32,000 nucleotides of DNA. It comes from Candidatus Poribacteria bacterium (lineage in GTDB: Bacteria > Poribacteria > WGA-4E > UBA9662). Position 1 is the first letter of the stretch. Every line of letters starts with the position of its first letter. A model generated the notes under the pieces. The model saw only the letters and a program-made list of their open reading frames with translations, ran no database searches and was not told where the DNA came from. The stretch is taken from assembly GCA_002709695.1 (NCBI GenBank), contig PAQF01000013.1:10504-42503 (forward strand), in the 5' to 3' direction. Below are positions 24,041-32,000 of the stretch, in pieces. The translations under genes were made by a program, and so were the position numbers.

Positions 24041-24642
24041 GCCTATTTCTTGACAGAGAAAAGTGTTTTTCCCTCAAATGCTATGAATGGTGAAATCACA
24101 CGAAGTTGCTGGCTAAGTATTAAATTCATCTAGAAAACTGATTGTTTTCTGGATGCAAGTGGTTTCGTCTCTACAAGTGTATACAGTGTTTTTTTTCTTG
24201 CTCATTGTTAACCTGAAAAATGGGAAATGAAAATCACAAGGATTCCATACTAAGCTCTTCTTGGCTTATAACGAAAATTGGCGAACCGAAAAAATGACTG
24301 TAGAGTTAGAAAATCGGGTCGTGGTATTGAAAATCTCCTATCTATGGAATCTTTAGTAAAAGTTATGACAAAACTGGAATAGCAAAAGGAAAAGTTGACC
24401 GGTGGCAAGAAGAATCAGTACGTTCACAAACCATTGCTATGTTCATGAGCCAGAGCCAAAAGTAGACTGAGGAAAGTCGGAGACTTGTTATCTTTGTCCG
24501 ATCTGATAGAGTTTATTTGGGGGTGGTGGTGGGGTGTAAATTAGAGTGTGTGTTATCCTTCTACATTTCATTTTTTTTCTTTGTTGAAACAATGAGATAT
24601 CCTTTAACTATTGGACATCTCGGTTTTATAGATAAATCTGAT

Positions 24643-26073
24643 TTATTTCATCAGTTTTTGGAAATTTGTATCTTCTCGAGTGTTGTCGAAAGCTGTATCT
24701 ATTTTTGACAATTCGATTGCTTCATGTCCTACCAAGTCAATTGCTTGTCGAAGAAAACTTATGGCTAACGCTTTTTGGTTATTGAGAGAATACATCCGTG
24801 CTAAATTGTAGTGTCCTTTCCCATACTCAGGATTAATACGAATAGTTTCGTTCAGATGATTAATGGCTTTATCTACTAGCCCTTTGTTTGCATAGATGAG
24901 TGCTAAATTGTAGTGAGCAGATATACTGTCAGGATTAATAAGAGTTGCTTCTTTTAAGTGATAGAGAGCTTTGTCAATTTCCATACGTTTGCCATAAGTA
25001 ATGTCTGCCAACATAAGGTGTGATTTCTCATGATTTGGATTTATTCGAATAGCTTCTTGTATGTGATATATAGCTTGGTCTATGTTTCCTTTTTGATTAT
25101 AGATAGATCCTAAATTGTAGTGTGCTTGCAAAAAGTCGGGATTGATGCGAATAACCTCTTGCATGTGATACGTGGCTTGGTTTGTGTTTCCTTGTTGTTG
25201 GTAAAAAGTCCCTAAATCGTAACGGCTATATGCATCGTTAGGGTTGATACGAGTAACTTCTTGGTAAACCTCAATAGCTTTGTCTAATTCTCCATATCGT
25301 GAGTAGACAAGGCCAAGGTTGACATGTGCTTCAAACAAATTTGGATTTATACTAACCGCTCGTTCATACATCTTGATGGCTTCTTTGATTCTACCTTGTT
25401 CAGAATAAGCAACGCCTAGATTGACATAGGATGACGCATCTTTTGGATTGATACGGATGACTTCCTTCAGGTGATAGATCGCTTCATTTATCTTGGCTTG
25501 CTCACCATAAATTATTTTGCCTAACGACCGGTGTGTTTCTTCATGGTTGGGGTTGATGCGTACAACTTCTTTAAAATGATGGATTGCATTTTTGATATCA
25601 CCTTCGGTTTGGTAGCAATTACCTAGACTAAGGTGTGCTTGATAGTAGTTAGGGTTAATCTCTATTGCTTTTTGATATTCTGCTATTTGATCTTTAATCT
25701 TCTCCAAAATTTTTCCCATTAGATAATGGTAAATCTCGGTTTCTGGCTTTTTCTTGATCTTTTCATGATATTCATCGGTGACTTGGTTTAGTCTTCCTTG
25801 ATTTTTCATGAGAGAGATATATTCAAGATGTGCTTGTACATGCAATTGGTCTACCAGAATAGCATTCCTAAATTCCTCGATTGCTTTACGGGGATTTTTC
25901 TGTTTTAACTTGATCCCAAATTCGAAGTGTTTTTTCGCTGTTTTATGTAAATTAGCTTTGTCTTTTTTACCCTGAAGTGAATTTTGACTATCAATACAAC
26001 TGCTAACAATTATAAGAAAGGATACAATCGATATGAAATTTGAAATAGGAAGTTTTATAAGTGGCTTTTTCAA
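24643..26073 (-). CDS. Tetratricopeptide-repeat lipoprotein (9-10 near-regular TPRs)
   Basis: Lipobox VSS|C. Nine 34-aa units share A(I/L)xHxxE(V/A)(I/V)RINP(N/D)xxxAHxNLGxxYxxxG. Confidence 0.85.
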   Translation of the reverse strand: MKKPLIKLPISNFISIVSFLIIVSSCIDSQNSLQGKKDKANLHKTAKKHFEFGIKLKQKNPRKAIEEFRNAILVDQLHVQAHLEYISLMKNQGRLNQVTDEYHEKIKKKPETEIYHYLMGKILEKIKDQIAEYQKAIEINPNYYQAHLSLGNCYQTEGDIKNAIHHFKEVVRINPNHEETHRSLGKIIYGEQAKINEAIYHLKEVIRINPKDASSYVNLGVAYSEQGRIKEAIKMYERAVSINPNLFEAHVNLGLVYSRYGELDKAIEVYQEVTRINPNDAYSRYDLGTFYQQQGNTNQATYHMQEVIRINPDFLQAHYNLGSIYNQKGNIDQAIYHIQEAIRINPNHEKSHLMLADITYGKRMEIDKALYHLKEATLINPDSISAHYNLALIYANKGLVDKAINHLNETIRINPEYGKGHYNLARMYSLNNQKALAISFLRQAIDLVGHEAIELSKIDTAFDNTREDTNFQKLMK

Positions 26074-26185
26074 AATACAGCTTAATTTGTGTTTAGGAAC
26101 TACTATGGGTTTAGTCTATAGGATTAGAAGGAGGTTTATTTAATAGAAGCTACAATATTGAATTGACAGTGAATTGGGGGATTTC

Positions 26186-26605
26186 TCAATCTATGTTACA
26201 CACATCTGAGTCGCACTTTGTCTGACCTAGACGGTATCGATTCTTTGCGATAATGAAGTAGGCAATCTTGCAAATTCTGTGAATACCTGGGACAACATAG
26301 ATCCACGCGATATATCGTGACCAGCGTAACCGTCGATAGATTTGATAAACGGAGTCAGCTCCACAGAATACTCGACCATTTTTATTAATAAATCGCATGC
26401 CTTCATGTGATAAGAATTCTATAAGCTGTGGATAAGCAGTATAGAGGTCTGGGTCTTGGTTGGGAACGTAGTTGAATTGTCCTTCTTTTGCTTTCTTCCG
26501 AATTTGTTTTATGGCATTAATACAAAAATTGCACTCGCCATCGTAGATAATTAGTGGGATTTTGGGCTGTTGCATATTTTCCTGATTATGTTTTAGATAA
26601 GACAA
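26186..26605 (-). CDS. DCC-family (DUF393) thiol-disulfide oxidoreductase
   Basis: N-terminal IIYDGECNFC (YDGxCxxC) motif, ~130-aa size. It lies 31 nt downstream of argS on the same strand. Confidence 0.75.
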   Translation of the reverse strand: MSYLKHNQENMQQPKIPLIIYDGECNFCINAIKQIRKKAKEGQFNYVPNQDPDLYTAYPQLIEFLSHEGMRFINKNGRVFCGADSVYQIYRRLRWSRYIAWIYVVPGIHRICKIAYFIIAKNRYRLGQTKCDSDVCNID

Positions 26606-26636
26606 AAGTAGATATCTGTTGGAGAAAGTGTCCTCA

Positions 26637-28343
26637 TCACATTTTTTCTGGTGATGATATTCCTAGCAGTTTTAGGCCGTTTGCAATCACAATCTGTACA
26701 CATCGAACAAGCACAAGCCTCGATTGCATTAAATCTTGGTGTTTTGTGTCTAGTACTCGAGACTTGTTGTAGAATGTATGGAATTGTGATGCGAGCTCGT
26801 ACAGGTACTTGGGAATACGGTAAGGTTCACGCTCTTTGGCTGCATTCATGATAACTTCTGGATAATCAGCCATTTTTTTAATGATCTGTGTTTCTTCGTC
26901 AATAGCTAGCAGGTTAAGTTTGACCTGATTAATTGGTAGCTGATCAATTTTTCGATCTTTCATTTCACGAAAGATACTACAACATCTAGCGTGTGCGTAT
27001 TGCACATAGAAACTTGGGTTATCGTTGGCACGTGTGACAGCCAGTTTGATGTCGAAATCGAGATGACTGTTGTTGGTTCGGTTTAGAAAGAAGTATCTAG
27101 CGACATCAACTGCGAATTGTTCGCCTACGGTCTCTGTTAGCTCATTTATCAGCTGATCTAAGGTATAGAGGTGGCCTTTTCGTTTTGACATTTCAACGCG
27201 ATTACCATCTGGATGTACCAAATTAACCTGTTGAACAATAAGGCCTTCAAATTGTTCAGTATTGTATCCAAGTGCTTTGATCAGATGGTCAAGATGAGCT
27301 ATATGTCCTTGATGATCAGGGCCAAGAATGTCAATCAGTAAGTCAAAACCACGGTCGAATTTGTCGCGATGATACGCTGCATCTGGGACGAAATATGTGA
27401 ACTCACCATCGCTTTTAATGACAACGCAATCTTTGTCGTCACCAAATTTCGTCATTTGGAACCAAGTTGCTCCTTCCGATTCGTAGAGTAGGTTCTTCTG
27501 TTTAAAGATTTCAATGATCTGTTCAGGCTTTTTATCGTTACGGATTTTTTGCTCACTTGTCCAAACATCAAATTCAACACCAAATCGTTTTAATATGGAT
27601 TTTTGCCCATCTAATAAGTGCTGAATTCCGATGTTTTTAAACTTGTTGATTCTGATATCTCTGTCTAATTGTAAATATTGCTTCCCTACATTTTTAATTA
27701 TTAACTGGGCTAAGTCAATTAGGTATGTGCCATGGTAACCATCTTCAGGGATTTCTAGTTCTTCTTCTCCAAGTAACTGGCGGTAACGGATATCAATTGA
27801 TTCTCCGAGACGTTCTACTTGTTTGCCAGCATCATTAATATAGAATTCACAAGTCACATTTTGGTTAGTTGCGTTGAGTAAATTTGCGAGTACATCTCCA
27901 ACAGCAGCAGCCCGTCCACTGACAATATTGAGAGGTCCTGTGGGATTAGCGCTGACGAATTCTATCAAAATCCGTTTGCTTATGTTGCTCTGTGACCGGC
28001 CATAGTTTTTATTTTGGTGAATAATGTTTTCTAGTATCTCGTAAAGCCAATCTTCTGAAACAAAAAGGTTGATGAAGCCAGGGCCAGCAATCTCGACTTG
28101 ACGTATTAACGGATCGTCTACTAGGTGTTTGACAATCGTTTTAGCTATTTGCCTAGGAGGCATTTTGGCAAGTTTTGATAATGACATGGCGATTGGTGTT
28201 GCGATATCACCATGTTCTGGTCCCTTTGTCGGAGAAAATATAATGTCAGGTATACTCTCTAGAGAAATTTCGTTTTGGTTTATTGCCTGTTGAATAGCCG
28301 CCTTTATTGTGCGGCTAACTCGAAGCTTAATTTGGTTAATCAA
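26637..28343 (-). CDS. argS: Arginine--tRNA ligase with a non-canonical HIGH region
   Basis: FVSANPTGPL..GRAAAVGD, YINDAG, EMSKRKG (KMSKS-like), YVQYAHARCCSI, and a C-terminal ...PEKM. The HIGH tetrapeptide reads NIVS. Confidence 0.85.
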   Translation of the reverse strand: MINQIKLRVSRTIKAAIQQAINQNEISLESIPDIIFSPTKGPEHGDIATPIAMSLSKLAKMPPRQIAKTIVKHLVDDPLIRQVEIAGPGFINLFVSEDWLYEILENIIHQNKNYGRSQSNISKRILIEFVSANPTGPLNIVSGRAAAVGDVLANLLNATNQNVTCEFYINDAGKQVERLGESIDIRYRQLLGEEELEIPEDGYHGTYLIDLAQLIIKNVGKQYLQLDRDIRINKFKNIGIQHLLDGQKSILKRFGVEFDVWTSEQKIRNDKKPEQIIEIFKQKNLLYESEGATWFQMTKFGDDKDCVVIKSDGEFTYFVPDAAYHRDKFDRGFDLLIDILGPDHQGHIAHLDHLIKALGYNTEQFEGLIVQQVNLVHPDGNRVEMSKRKGHLYTLDQLINELTETVGEQFAVDVARYFFLNRTNNSHLDFDIKLAVTRANDNPSFYVQYAHARCCSIFREMKDRKIDQLPINQVKLNLLAIDEETQIIKKMADYPEVIMNAAKEREPYRIPKYLYELASQFHTFYNKSRVLDTKHQDLMQSRLVLVRCVQIVIANGLKLLGISSPEKM

Positions 28344-28794
28344 TTTTTATCTCGAATGCCTCGTCAAAAATAAAATCATCAAGTTCAAAATCATCAGGAT
28401 CGTCATCGAGTTCATAATCATCTTCGATCAAATTAGGATTGATCGCCGGTAACTCAATTTCCAAGGCCTCAGACCAGAGTCGCTCTAGATCGTAGGCTTT
28501 CCGTTTCTCGTGTAGAAAAATATGCACCACAAAATCAACATAATCAAGAAGAATCCAATCTCCTTTACGTGGGCCTTCGCGATGCCATGGTCGCTGATTC
28601 CATTTTTCCTCAACGTCTTCTATTACTTTTTCGGAAATTCCTTCAACTTGTCGATTTGAGTTCCCGCTAGAGATAACAAAAAAATCTGTAAAGCCACCGA
28701 TTGCTCTAAGATCAAGGATTTTAGCGTCTTCAGCGCGTCGGGCTAACGTGGCGACCGCCGCAGTTTTTGCCATTTCTAGCACGTCATTTCCCAA
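28336..28794 (-). CDS. rsfS: Ribosome silencing factor RsfS with an acidic C-terminal extension
   Basis: DFFVISSGNSNRQV, DWILLDYVDFVVHIF and YDLERLW match RsfS/Iojap. An additional ~35 aa D/E-rich tail is present. Confidence 0.85.
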   Translation of the reverse strand: MGNDVLEMAKTAAVATLARRAEDAKILDLRAIGGFTDFFVISSGNSNRQVEGISEKVIEDVEEKWNQRPWHREGPRKGDWILLDYVDFVVHIFLHEKRKAYDLERLWSEALEIELPAINPNLIEDDYELDDDPDDFELDDFIFDEAFEIKID

Positions 28795-29416
28795 TTTCTA
28801 TTTCCTTCTTTTTCTTATGTGATAGGCGAAGTCCAGTGTTATAGACATCAATCGTATTTGGGTGAATCAGCCGATTCTCTTTAATTTGTCTGATAATTTT
28901 GTGTTGGGCTACTTCTAACATTGCTGAGTCGAGATCGCTCTCTGCGGTTTTATAAACATCATTAGCGACTTGGTAGTTTCGTTTTGGTTCACAAAAGTCA
29001 GCGACATATAGGATTTTGTCAACTAATGACATCTTTTGAGTGCCGGTGGTATGATTGCGAATAGCGTTGAGCACATCTGAATCTGTTATTCCGAAATGGT
29101 CTTTTGCGTATTCCGCGCCAACTTTTGCATGTAATAATGCAGGGTTTTCTCTCTCAATTTGGTCAAGTTTTATGTTGTGTTTTTTTGAGAGTTCGATCAA
29201 TATGTTGGTGTTCATCCACTTGGCGCAATCGTGTAAAAGCGCGGCTAATTCTACTTTTTGAAGATCCGCTTTATATTTCGTAGCAAAATTTATTGCTGTC
29301 TCACGTACCGATAGTACGTGTTCAAAGCGGTTTGGTTTGAGTTTCTTGTGTAAAAAATCCTTGATTTGTTTAATCTTTTGATTCGTCATGAGTATAGTTG
29401 CCATTTGTTGTGGCAT
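28784..29416 (-). CDS. yqeK: HD-domain bis(5'-nucleosyl)-tetraphosphatase YqeK
   Basis: RFEHVLSV...LHDCAK HD motif and its position after nadD. The start is uncertain (29416, 29404 or 29389). Confidence 0.8.
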   Translation of the reverse strand: MPQQMATILMTNQKIKQIKDFLHKKLKPNRFEHVLSVRETAINFATKYKADLQKVELAALLHDCAKWMNTNILIELSKKHNIKLDQIERENPALLHAKVGAEYAKDHFGITDSDVLNAIRNHTTGTQKMSLVDKILYVADFCEPKRNYQVANDVYKTAESDLDSAMLEVAQHKIIRQIKENRLIHPNTIDVYNTGLRLSHKKKKEIEIGK

Positions 29417-29624
29417 GCAAGAAGTTGACCGTTTCTTCTACTTCATTGGTTGTTAGTTCATCGTGGATGATTGAGGTGCTAATTTGGTATTTTTCGTTTA
29501 GCCATCTGGCAAGATCTACCTGCTTGCAACGCGAACTGCAAAACGGGAAATATTGGGGAAGTTGTTCACCTTTTTTGTATTCAAAATTGAATTCTTCCTT
29601 ACAGATACTGCATTCTTTTCTCAT
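29370..29624 (-). CDS. yacG: YacG-like zinc-finger protein (DNA gyrase inhibitor family) with a C-terminal extension
   Basis: CSICKEEF...FPFCSSRCKQVDLARWL matches C-x2-C...PFCS.RC..vDLg.W. Confidence 0.7.
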   Translation of the reverse strand: MRKECSICKEEFNFEYKKGEQLPQYFPFCSSRCKQVDLARWLNEKYQISTSIIHDELTTNEVEETVNFLHATTNGNYTHDESKD

Positions 29625-29640
29625 GTTTTGGTAATTTCTC

Positions 29641-30222
29641 TTAGATAAACAGTTTATGTTTGGTGATATATTCAGCGACTTGTGATGGAACTAGGTAGCG
29701 TATAGAATTCTTTGAACGGATTCTATTACGAATATCAGTAGCAGAAATTTCTATTTCTGGAATTTGGAGGATCTCAACTCGGTTAATTATGTCATGTGGT
29801 ACTTTTGATAATGGGTAACCAGAGCGTGTGGTTGCGATAAAATGGCAGATGTTTAGGATTTCGTCCCAATCTTTCCAAATTTTGAATTCTATCAATGAAT
29901 CTGCTCCAATAATCCAAGCCAATTTACAGTTATTGCCGTAAAGTTTTTGTAATTCCTTGATTGTTTGGATCGCGTATGATTGGCCTTTGCGATCCAATTC
30001 AATCCTTAGTACTTCAAAGTGAGGATTATCTGCAACTGCAATTTGAGTTATTTCATAGCGGTGCTCTGAATCAATAATATCATGGTGCCCTTTGTGCGGT
30101 GGTCGTGCGGATGGAATGAACAATACTCGGTCATAGTTGAGTTGGTCTTGAACTTGTTCAGCACTAATTAAGTGTGCATTATGAATTGGGTTAAATGTCC
30201 CTCCCATAATTGCGATTTTCAT
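29641..30222 (-). CDS. nadD: Nicotinate-nucleotide adenylyltransferase
   Basis: IAIMGGTFNPIHNAHL (GGxFxPxHxGH), ISATDIRNRI. Confidence 0.9.
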   Translation of the reverse strand: MKIAIMGGTFNPIHNAHLISAEQVQDQLNYDRVLFIPSARPPHKGHHDIIDSEHRYEITQIAVADNPHFEVLRIELDRKGQSYAIQTIKELQKLYGNNCKLAWIIGADSLIEFKIWKDWDEILNICHFIATTRSGYPLSKVPHDIINRVEILQIPEIEISATDIRNRIRSKNSIRYLVPSQVAEYITKHKLFI

Positions 30223-30424
30223 CAGTTTCCTATATCCGCTTGCATTTTTATTAACTTAATTTCATTGGTGTGCTGGAGGCTCGTTTGGAAATGAAAACGG
30301 GATCGAGAAACAGGTTCTTGAGATTAATTGAGTTAGAATGTAAACATATTTGATAGTTGCTCAATATTATAACCTAGTTTTGATGATTTATGCCAAAGTG
30401 AAACTTTTTGATTCTGGTTTTGAA

Positions 30425-30454
30425 TTGACAGGAAAAAGATTAAATTGTTAAACT
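30425..30454 (+). promoter_or_regulatory. Candidate promoter for batC-like gene
   Basis: TTGACA (30425-30430), 18-nt spacer, then TGtTAAACT (30446-30454). Confidence 0.4.
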
Positions 30455-30492
30455 ACAATGTAAGGTTTTGTGTGGATTTTACTAAGGTCTCT

Positions 30493-31173
30493 ATGAAAAA
30501 ATTGGTTGTTTTTTTCTATTTAGTTTTTTTTTTGATGAGTTGTTCTAATGAATGGAGGGGTTTTATTAGGGCGGGGAATAAGAGCTATGAAAATGGAAAT
30601 TTCATAGAAGCTAAAGAGATATATCGATCTGCAGTTGATGCCAAGCCAGATGAACCGATAGCGAACTATAATTTAGGTGTGGCACTGTATCAAAACAGAG
30701 AATTTTATCTGGCAGAAACATCCTTCCTGAAATCTATAACTCAACTCGATTTCGAACAACAAAGCAAAGCGTATTACAATCTAGGGAACTCACAGTTTCA
30801 AGCGGGTAATTTTAGGGATTCCGTGCGATCTTACAAGTCAGCTTTACGTTTGGATTACAAGGATTCGAACTCTAGACATAATCTTGAGTTAGCTCTTGAA
30901 AAATTAGGACAGCAACAGCAGAGTCGAGAGGCCTCAAGCAACCAATCACAGGCTAATAGCGAAAATCGTGTTGGCAATCAAAACCAAAGAAGTCAACAGC
31001 AACAAAATTTAGAACAATCCCCCCTTTTGAACCCGATTGAACAGAGGATGTCGAAGGCAGATGCGATTCGACTGTTAAAATCACTAAAAAATGATGAGCA
31101 TGAAATTCGTAAGCAGGTTTTACTCCATCAAATTGCGCGTCAGCCTTCCTCAAGCTTTAGCAAGGATTGGTAA
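30493..31173 (+). CDS. batC: BatC-like TPR lipoprotein
   Basis: ATG 30493 gives a signal peptide with lipobox LMS|C. It has 3 TPRs, a Q/N/S-rich linker and a C-terminal MSKADAIRLLKSLKNDE tail typical of BatC, and is followed by a BatD-like gene. Confidence 0.6.
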   Translation: MKKLVVFFYLVFFLMSCSNEWRGFIRAGNKSYENGNFIEAKEIYRSAVDAKPDEPIANYNLGVALYQNREFYLAETSFLKSITQLDFEQQSKAYYNLGNSQFQAGNFRDSVRSYKSALRLDYKDSNSRHNLELALEKLGQQQQSREASSNQSQANSENRVGNQNQRSQQQQNLEQSPLLNPIEQRMSKADAIRLLKSLKNDEHEIRKQVLLHQIARQPSSSFSKDW

Positions 31174-31219
31174 TACTTTTCTAGGTCATCAGCATTCCAG
31201 CTTTAGGTCTCAGGCATTA

Positions 31220-32000
31220 TTGTGGGCATGGGCATTTTTTAGCTTTAGTTCGTTTGGTTTAGGGCAAAGCCCATCTATCTCTGTGATTCTTGATCCAGAA
31301 GCTATAGTTGTTGGTCAAACTGCGGTCTTAACAATAACTATATCAAGTCATCAGAAATTGGAGGAGGTGAAGCCTCCAGATTTTGCTCCTTTGTTGCCAG
31401 CCTGTTTCCAAATTTCGTATCTTGGGACAAAAAAACGGTATAGTTTTGTCAATGGACAAAGCTCTGTGTTGAAAATTTGGTCTTATTCCCTGATTCCACA
31501 AGAAGAGGGTTCATTTACACTTTCAGATTTTGTTTTACCTTTTAATGGGAAGAGTGCCCAGATTAAACCAGTTACTATTACAGTGACACCTAGGAGCCAA
31601 CTTCAAGACTGGACTGGTTCTCAAAAAGATACTTGGTCTCGAAGTGGGTTTACTGATCCGTTTTATGGGGGCGCGCAAAAAATTGAAGCCAATATTGATA
31701 AGCAATCCCCTTTCGTTGGGGAGCAGGTGACTTATACGTTTCGTTATTTACATACGGCAATAGTTCCAAGTGTCAATGTTCCCAAGTATCAGCTTCCGTC
31801 TATGAATCAATTTTGGAAGTACCAATTGGGGGAGTCTAAATCCAAGATGGAAATTATAGGTGGTGAACGATTTCGAGTCACAGAAATTGAAGTTGCACTT
31901 TTTCCTATGATAGCTGGAATTACCATTATCAACCCTTCTGTACTTACCTTGCCAACCTTGGCTGAACTTAGCGACCAGTTTATTCCTAGGCAGTTAGAAA
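31220..32000 (+). CDS. batD: BatD-like (oxygen-tolerance) protein, 3'-truncated at the window edge
   Basis: Open frame to the window end, absent from the ORF track because it has no stop. Hydrophobic leader LLWAWAFFSFSSFGLG, then blocks of the BatD type (VILDPEAIVVGQTAVLTITI ... YSLIPQEEGSFTL ... KPVTITV). Start unresolved: TTG 31220, TTG 31133 or ATG 31100 (the latter two overlap batC). Confidence 0.65.
   Translation, partial: MWAWAFFSFSSFGLGQSPSISVILDPEAIVVGQTAVLTITISSHQKLEEVKPPDFAPLLPACFQISYLGTKKRYSFVNGQSSVLKIWSYSLIPQEEGSFTLSDFVLPFNGKSAQIKPVTITVTPRSQLQDWTGSQKDTWSRSGFTDPFYGGAQKIEANIDKQSPFVGEQVTYTFRYLHTAIVPSVNVPKYQLPSMNQFWKYQLGESKSKMEIIGGERFRVTEIEVALFPMIAGITIINPSVLTLPTLAELSDQFIPRQLE

Noticed and set aside
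24517-24708. 63-aa plus-strand ORF
   Set aside because: It overlaps the TPR gene 3' end in antisense, starts in the G-tract region, and gives a hydrophobic, low-information translation.
24643-26073. Periodic repeats as a CRISPR-like or satellite array
   Set aside because: The periodicity is 102 nt and in frame, encoding TPR units within one long ORF. There is no repeat-spacer structure.
1-32000. tRNA, rRNA, tmRNA, CRISPR arrays, IS elements or integrases anywhere in the window
   Set aside because: Inspection of the intergenic regions found none. This is a by-eye negative, not a covariance-model scan.

Overview
AT-rich bacterial chromosomal window with about 30 genes. I recognised no rRNA, tRNA, CRISPR array or transposase. 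Housekeeping content: birA, alr, and a minus-strand operon nadD-yacG-yqeK-rsfS-argS plus a DCC-family thiol oxidoreductase. The rest is mostly exported or lipoprotein genes. These include four LamG-domain paralogs (three in tandem), three phytanoyl-CoA-dioxygenase (PhyH) family genes (one truncated), a TLC/Npt-like transporter, a CotH/DUF4956 pair, an LpoB-like lipoprotein pair, a 9-10 repeat TPR lipoprotein and BatC/BatD. Main findings: (1) A rhodanese-ThiF/MoeB gene is interrupted only by one in-frame TGA that falls on the conserved catalytic-Cys column and is followed by a SECIS-like hairpin, so it is a probable selenocysteine enzyme that the ORF track splits in two. (2) An 812-aa fusion joins a GlmU-like nucleotidyltransferase, a hexapeptide beta-helix and a DUF89 phosphatase, directly upstream of the LamG array. 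(3) All four LamG paralogs share a C-terminal T-T/S-W-G/A-x-I/L-K/R tail. (4) The ArgRS signature HIGH motif reads NIVS. (5) The CotH-[VTC]-DUF4956 cluster is eroded, with a GC-richer spacer that carries stops in all frames. (6) A 795-nt gene-free convergent spacer contains strong hairpins and a G-tract. All calls rest on reading the sequence and on remembered family motifs. No searches, folding or statistics were run.
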